A stretch of DNA of 64,000 nt from Candidatus Poribacteria bacterium (GTDB taxonomy: Bacteria > Poribacteria > WGA-4E > WGA-3G). This document shows positions 61,657-64,000 of this stretch, piece after piece; position 1 is the stretch's first letter, and every line of letters starts with the position of its first letter. The DNA lies in NCBI GenBank assembly GCA_965214095.1, contig OZ243938.1, positions 4,032,001-4,096,000 on the forward strand, given 5' to 3'. Below the pieces are notes generated by a model. It saw nothing but the letters and a program-made list of their open reading frames with translations. It was not told the origin of the DNA and made no database searches. The position numbers and the translations under genes were made by a program.

Positions 61657-63135
61657 CTAACTTCTTGTATAAAGTGAATTTACGGCATTTTTGAAATCTT
61701 CACCGCGTTCTTTGTAATCTGAATACATGTCAAAACTCGCATTAGCAGGTGATAAAAGAACTATATCGCCTTGTGCGGCATGAGTATATGCATATTCTAC
61801 TGCTTCTTTCATTGAAGTTGCATTCTGCATCTTAGCACAACCACTAAGTGTCTGTTGTATATTATACGTGTGTTCTCCAAGCAATATCAAACATTTTACA
61901 CTGTCTCGAACGAGATCAATCAAGGGTACATAATTGTTTCCTTTATCAAATCCCCCGACAATTAGGAACACCCGTTTATTATCTGCATCTGCAGATGTAT
62001 TTTTTATGATTGATTCAAGAGCTGCACTTGTTGCTATGACGTTGGTTGCTTTAGAATCGTTTATGTAATCTACACCATTTATAGCAGACACTTTTTCATA
62101 AGCGTGTTCAAGAGCAGTATGTTTCTTATCAAAATCAATGAAAGCCTGTCGGATATCCGTTACTGGCACACCATAAATAGTTCCCACGACTGCCGCTGCA
62201 AGCACATTACGTACATTATGTGTTCCCGCTAATGGAATTTCAGCGATATTACAAATCAAGTCTTCATGCTCACTATGATAATTAAATATGTTGATTTCAT
62301 CACCATTCCTTTGCAGACCAGCACCAATCTTACACCCCATTTTTTCACAATAGTCCTTCAGTCCTTTGTCTGTCTCTTTAAGATTGTCTGTGAAAAACGC
62401 CTTCTTTGCTTCGGTGTTATGTGAAAGTCGTTTTATTGTTTCATCAGCTCCGTTTAGCACTATCCAATCTGATTCCTTCTGGTTTGCATATATCTTCCGT
62501 TTAGCACTTAAATAAGCATCCATTGTTTTGTGACGATCAAGATGATCACGCGAGAAATTTAAAAATACACTTACATTCGGATGGAAAGACACAGTGCTTT
62601 CTAACTGGAAACTACTTGCTTCAACAACAACAATGTCCTGTTCGGATAATGTTCCAACTTTATTTGCTAATGGTACACCGATATTTCCGGCAACAACGAC
62701 ATTAGAAAAAAGGTCGCTACTTTCAAGAATTGCTGCGGTTAATAGCGTTGTTGTTGACTTTCCTTTTGTACCTGTAATCGCAACTATAGGTGCTTGACAA
62801 AGCGCAGCGGATATTTCCAATTCACCCAAAATTGGTATGTTTCTTTTTTTCGCATCACATAGAATTGGAATATCTAAAGGAACTCCCGGTGAAACGACAA
62901 CGAATTCTGCTTTAGCGATACAAGATTCTCCATGCCCTCCGAGTTGATATTCTATCGGTATCCCATCTAATTGGGAAAGTTCAGCAGATAACGTATCTCT
63001 GTCACGGGTGTCTGTGAGTGTAATATTTGCACCAAGTTCATGAAGCAAACGTGCAATTGCTATGCCACTTCTATTTGCACCAAAAATAGTGATCTGTTTG
63101 TCAGAATAACTTTTTGGTTCAGAGGAATCAATCAT
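61657..63135 (-). CDS. murD: UDP-MurNAc-L-alanine--D-glutamate ligase
   Basis: VVVSPGVP, ITGTKGKSTTT, GNIG, EASSFQLE, DHLDRH, NDSKATN, LLSPA.ASFD. Confidence 0.97.
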   Translation of the reverse strand: MIDSSEPKSYSDKQITIFGANRSGIAIARLLHELGANITLTDTRDRDTLSAELSQLDGIPIEYQLGGHGESCIAKAEFVVVSPGVPLDIPILCDAKKRNIPILGELEISAALCQAPIVAITGTKGKSTTTLLTAAILESSDLFSNVVVAGNIGVPLANKVGTLSEQDIVVVEASSFQLESTVSFHPNVSVFLNFSRDHLDRHKTMDAYLSAKRKIYANQKESDWIVLNGADETIKRLSHNTEAKKAFFTDNLKETDKGLKDYCEKMGCKIGAGLQRNGDEINIFNYHSEHEDLICNIAEIPLAGTHNVRNVLAAAVVGTIYGVPVTDIRQAFIDFDKKHTALEHAYEKVSAINGVDYINDSKATNVIATSAALESIIKNTSADADNKRVFLIVGGFDKGNNYVPLIDLVRDSVKCLILLGEHTYNIQQTLSGCAKMQNATSMKEAVEYAYTHAAQGDIVLLSPANASFDMYSDYKERGEDFKNAVNSLYTRS

Positions 63136-63183
63136 CTTTTTTACCGTAGAATTTGGAAAGGAGGATATTTTGCGGATATATTC

Positions 63184-64000
63184 TCATCCAATCCTAAGCG
63201 TGCTCAACGCTATCAACATCAAGATAAGTGCGACAATCCAAAAGCGGATTACTACTTTTGATTCCTTCCAACCTGAAAGCAAAAAATGATAATGCAGCGG
63301 TGACATTTTTATAACCCGTTTACCGAATGTTCTATAAGACCAAACCTGTATGATGACTGAAAGTGCCTCTGCTACAAAGATACCACCCACGATAATTAGG
63401 AGAAATTCCTGTTTAATTAAGAGTGCACATGTCCCGAGCGTAGCACCGAGAGGCAATGACCCAGTATCTCCCATAAACAGTTGTGCTGGATGTCCATTGT
63501 ACCATAGAAATCCCAATCCTGCTCCAACTAACGATGCACAAAAGATAGCCGTAACTTCTCCACCGATCGGTAAATGGAATAGGTTGAGATGTTCAGCAAT
63601 AACATTGTGGCTTGCAAGATACCCCAATGCACCAATTGTACCTGCAACGAAGAGCGTACATCCTATTGCCAATCCATCCATACCATCTGTCAGATTCACA
63701 GCATTTGATGTTCCGACAATAACTAAAGTAGCAAAAGGAATAAAAAGAATATTCAGATTAGGTTTGTAGTCTTTAAAAAACGGAAGATGTAATGCCGTAC
63801 GACTTGCTGGATCATTTGCTTCAAATGGACCCCATTGATAAAGATAGTATGCTATGGCTAATGCCCCAACCGTTTGTAGAACAATCTTCTGCCAGCCGCG
63901 TAGTCCAAGCGATTGTTTTCTACTAAGTTTACACATATCATCTAAGAATCCAAGACCTCCAAACCATAGTGTAGTCAAAATCATCAGGTAGATAAAAGGT
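63184..64000 (-). CDS. mraY: Phospho-N-acetylmuramoyl-pentapeptide transferase (5' part outside the window)
   Basis: GFLDD, SNAVNLTDGMDGLA, FLWYN..PA..FMGDTGSL, EALSV..QV. Confidence 0.97.
   Translation of the reverse strand, partial: PFIYLMILTTLWFGGLGFLDDMCKLSRKQSLGLRGWQKIVLQTVGALAIAYYLYQWGPFEANDPASRTALHLPFFKDYKPNLNILFIPFATLVIVGTSNAVNLTDGMDGLAIGCTLFVAGTIGALGYLASHNVIAEHLNLFHLPIGGEVTAIFCASLVGAGLGFLWYNGHPAQLFMGDTGSLPLGATLGTCALLIKQEFLLIIVGGIFVAEALSVIIQVWSYRTFGKRVIKMSPLHYHFLLSGWKESKVVIRFWIVALILMLIALSTLRIG

Overview
AT-rich (roughly 38-40% GC by eye) bacterial chromosomal segment. The gene content suggests a Candidatus Poribacteria-like sponge symbiont (inference only): PhyH dioxygenases, a sulfatase, Rpn nucleases, and LamG/CBM-like secreted proteins with a conserved C-terminal K-L-x-x-T-W-G-x-x-K tail. 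Housekeeping genes are sucC, lptFG, glnA-glnB with a sigma54 promoter, dcd, def, larE and the dcw cluster mraY-murD-ftsW-murG-murC-ftsQ-ftsA-ftsZ. There are also two ABC export loci (GldAFG-like and Lol-like). Four signals are missed by the ORF track. (1) Three predicted lipoprotein selenoproteins are split at in-frame UGA: two tandem HMA/MerP-like proteins with a U-G-S-C metal site and one peroxiredoxin-like protein with U-P-E-C. Each UGA is followed 15-16 nt later by a GUY-loop hairpin (candidate SECIS), with a compensatory base-pair change between the two HMA paralogs. (2) Five signal-peptide proteins from four unrelated families share a C-terminal motif that looks like a sorting signal. 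(3) A family of about 115-145 bp intergenic cassettes has GTAG-type REP palindromes wrapped in TA-ended terminal inverted repeats. (4) A full Rpn gene has an internal RBS/start, and a separate internally deleted mini-Rpn sits behind a consensus promoter.
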